A stretch of 64,000 nt of DNA from Octopus bimaculoides (lineage: Eukaryota): positions 43,696,891 to 43,760,890 of the forward strand of contig NC_068988.1 in assembly GCF_001194135.2 (NCBI RefSeq). The letters run 5' to 3'. Of the stretch, positions 63,922 to 64,000 are shown piece by piece. Under the pieces are notes generated by a model. That model saw only the letters and a program-made list of their open reading frames with translations. It had not been told where the DNA came from and searched no databases. The position numbers and the translations under genes are program-made. Positions within the stretch are counted from its first letter, which is position 1. Each line of letters starts with the position of its first letter.

Positions 63922-63927
<6 letters not shown>
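63502..63927 (-). mobile_element. RTE-like LINE 3' end with two tandem C2H2-like zinc-finger remnants
   Basis: One frame reads TGIGVFEQKRVEHAALK...*ELSCNMCERFLFSRAGFPSYLKS...*VFFKCHNRVYSCRTKVGLKSHLRAHD...*, then a CAA/A tail. Confidence 0.65.
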
Positions 63928-63967
<40 letters not shown>

Positions 63968-64000
63968 TTTGTATATAGTCATGGACAGGTTATTCAATTT

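Overview
AT-rich (by eye) eukaryotic genomic DNA from a gapped draft assembly, with 16 N-runs, most of them flanked by microsatellites. The microsatellite load and the recurring tRNA-derived SINE families point to a cephalopod, probably Octopus (inference). No protein-coding host gene, rRNA, true tRNA or CRISPR array could be supported; the ORF track is almost entirely microsatellite artefacts and transposon fragments. The window is a repeat landscape: several SINE families, RTE and CR1/L2-like LINE 3' ends, Penelope-like remnants, mariner, hAT and piggyBac-like DNA elements, and a foldback element. Two highlights. (1) Eight fragments of R4/Dong-like non-LTR retrotransposons with a restriction-like endonuclease, falling into two groups by flanking microsatellite: five abut (CATA)n on the element's sense strand and three sit in TAA/TAG-type triplet repeats. 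The (CATA)n family also carries that repeat inside its own 3' UTR and forms a head-to-tail stack at 11.3-13.7 kb. (2) A near-intact minimal type I hammerhead ribozyme of the Penelope type at 27265-27313. All translations and alignments were done by eye, and element boundaries are approximate unless exact motifs are quoted.
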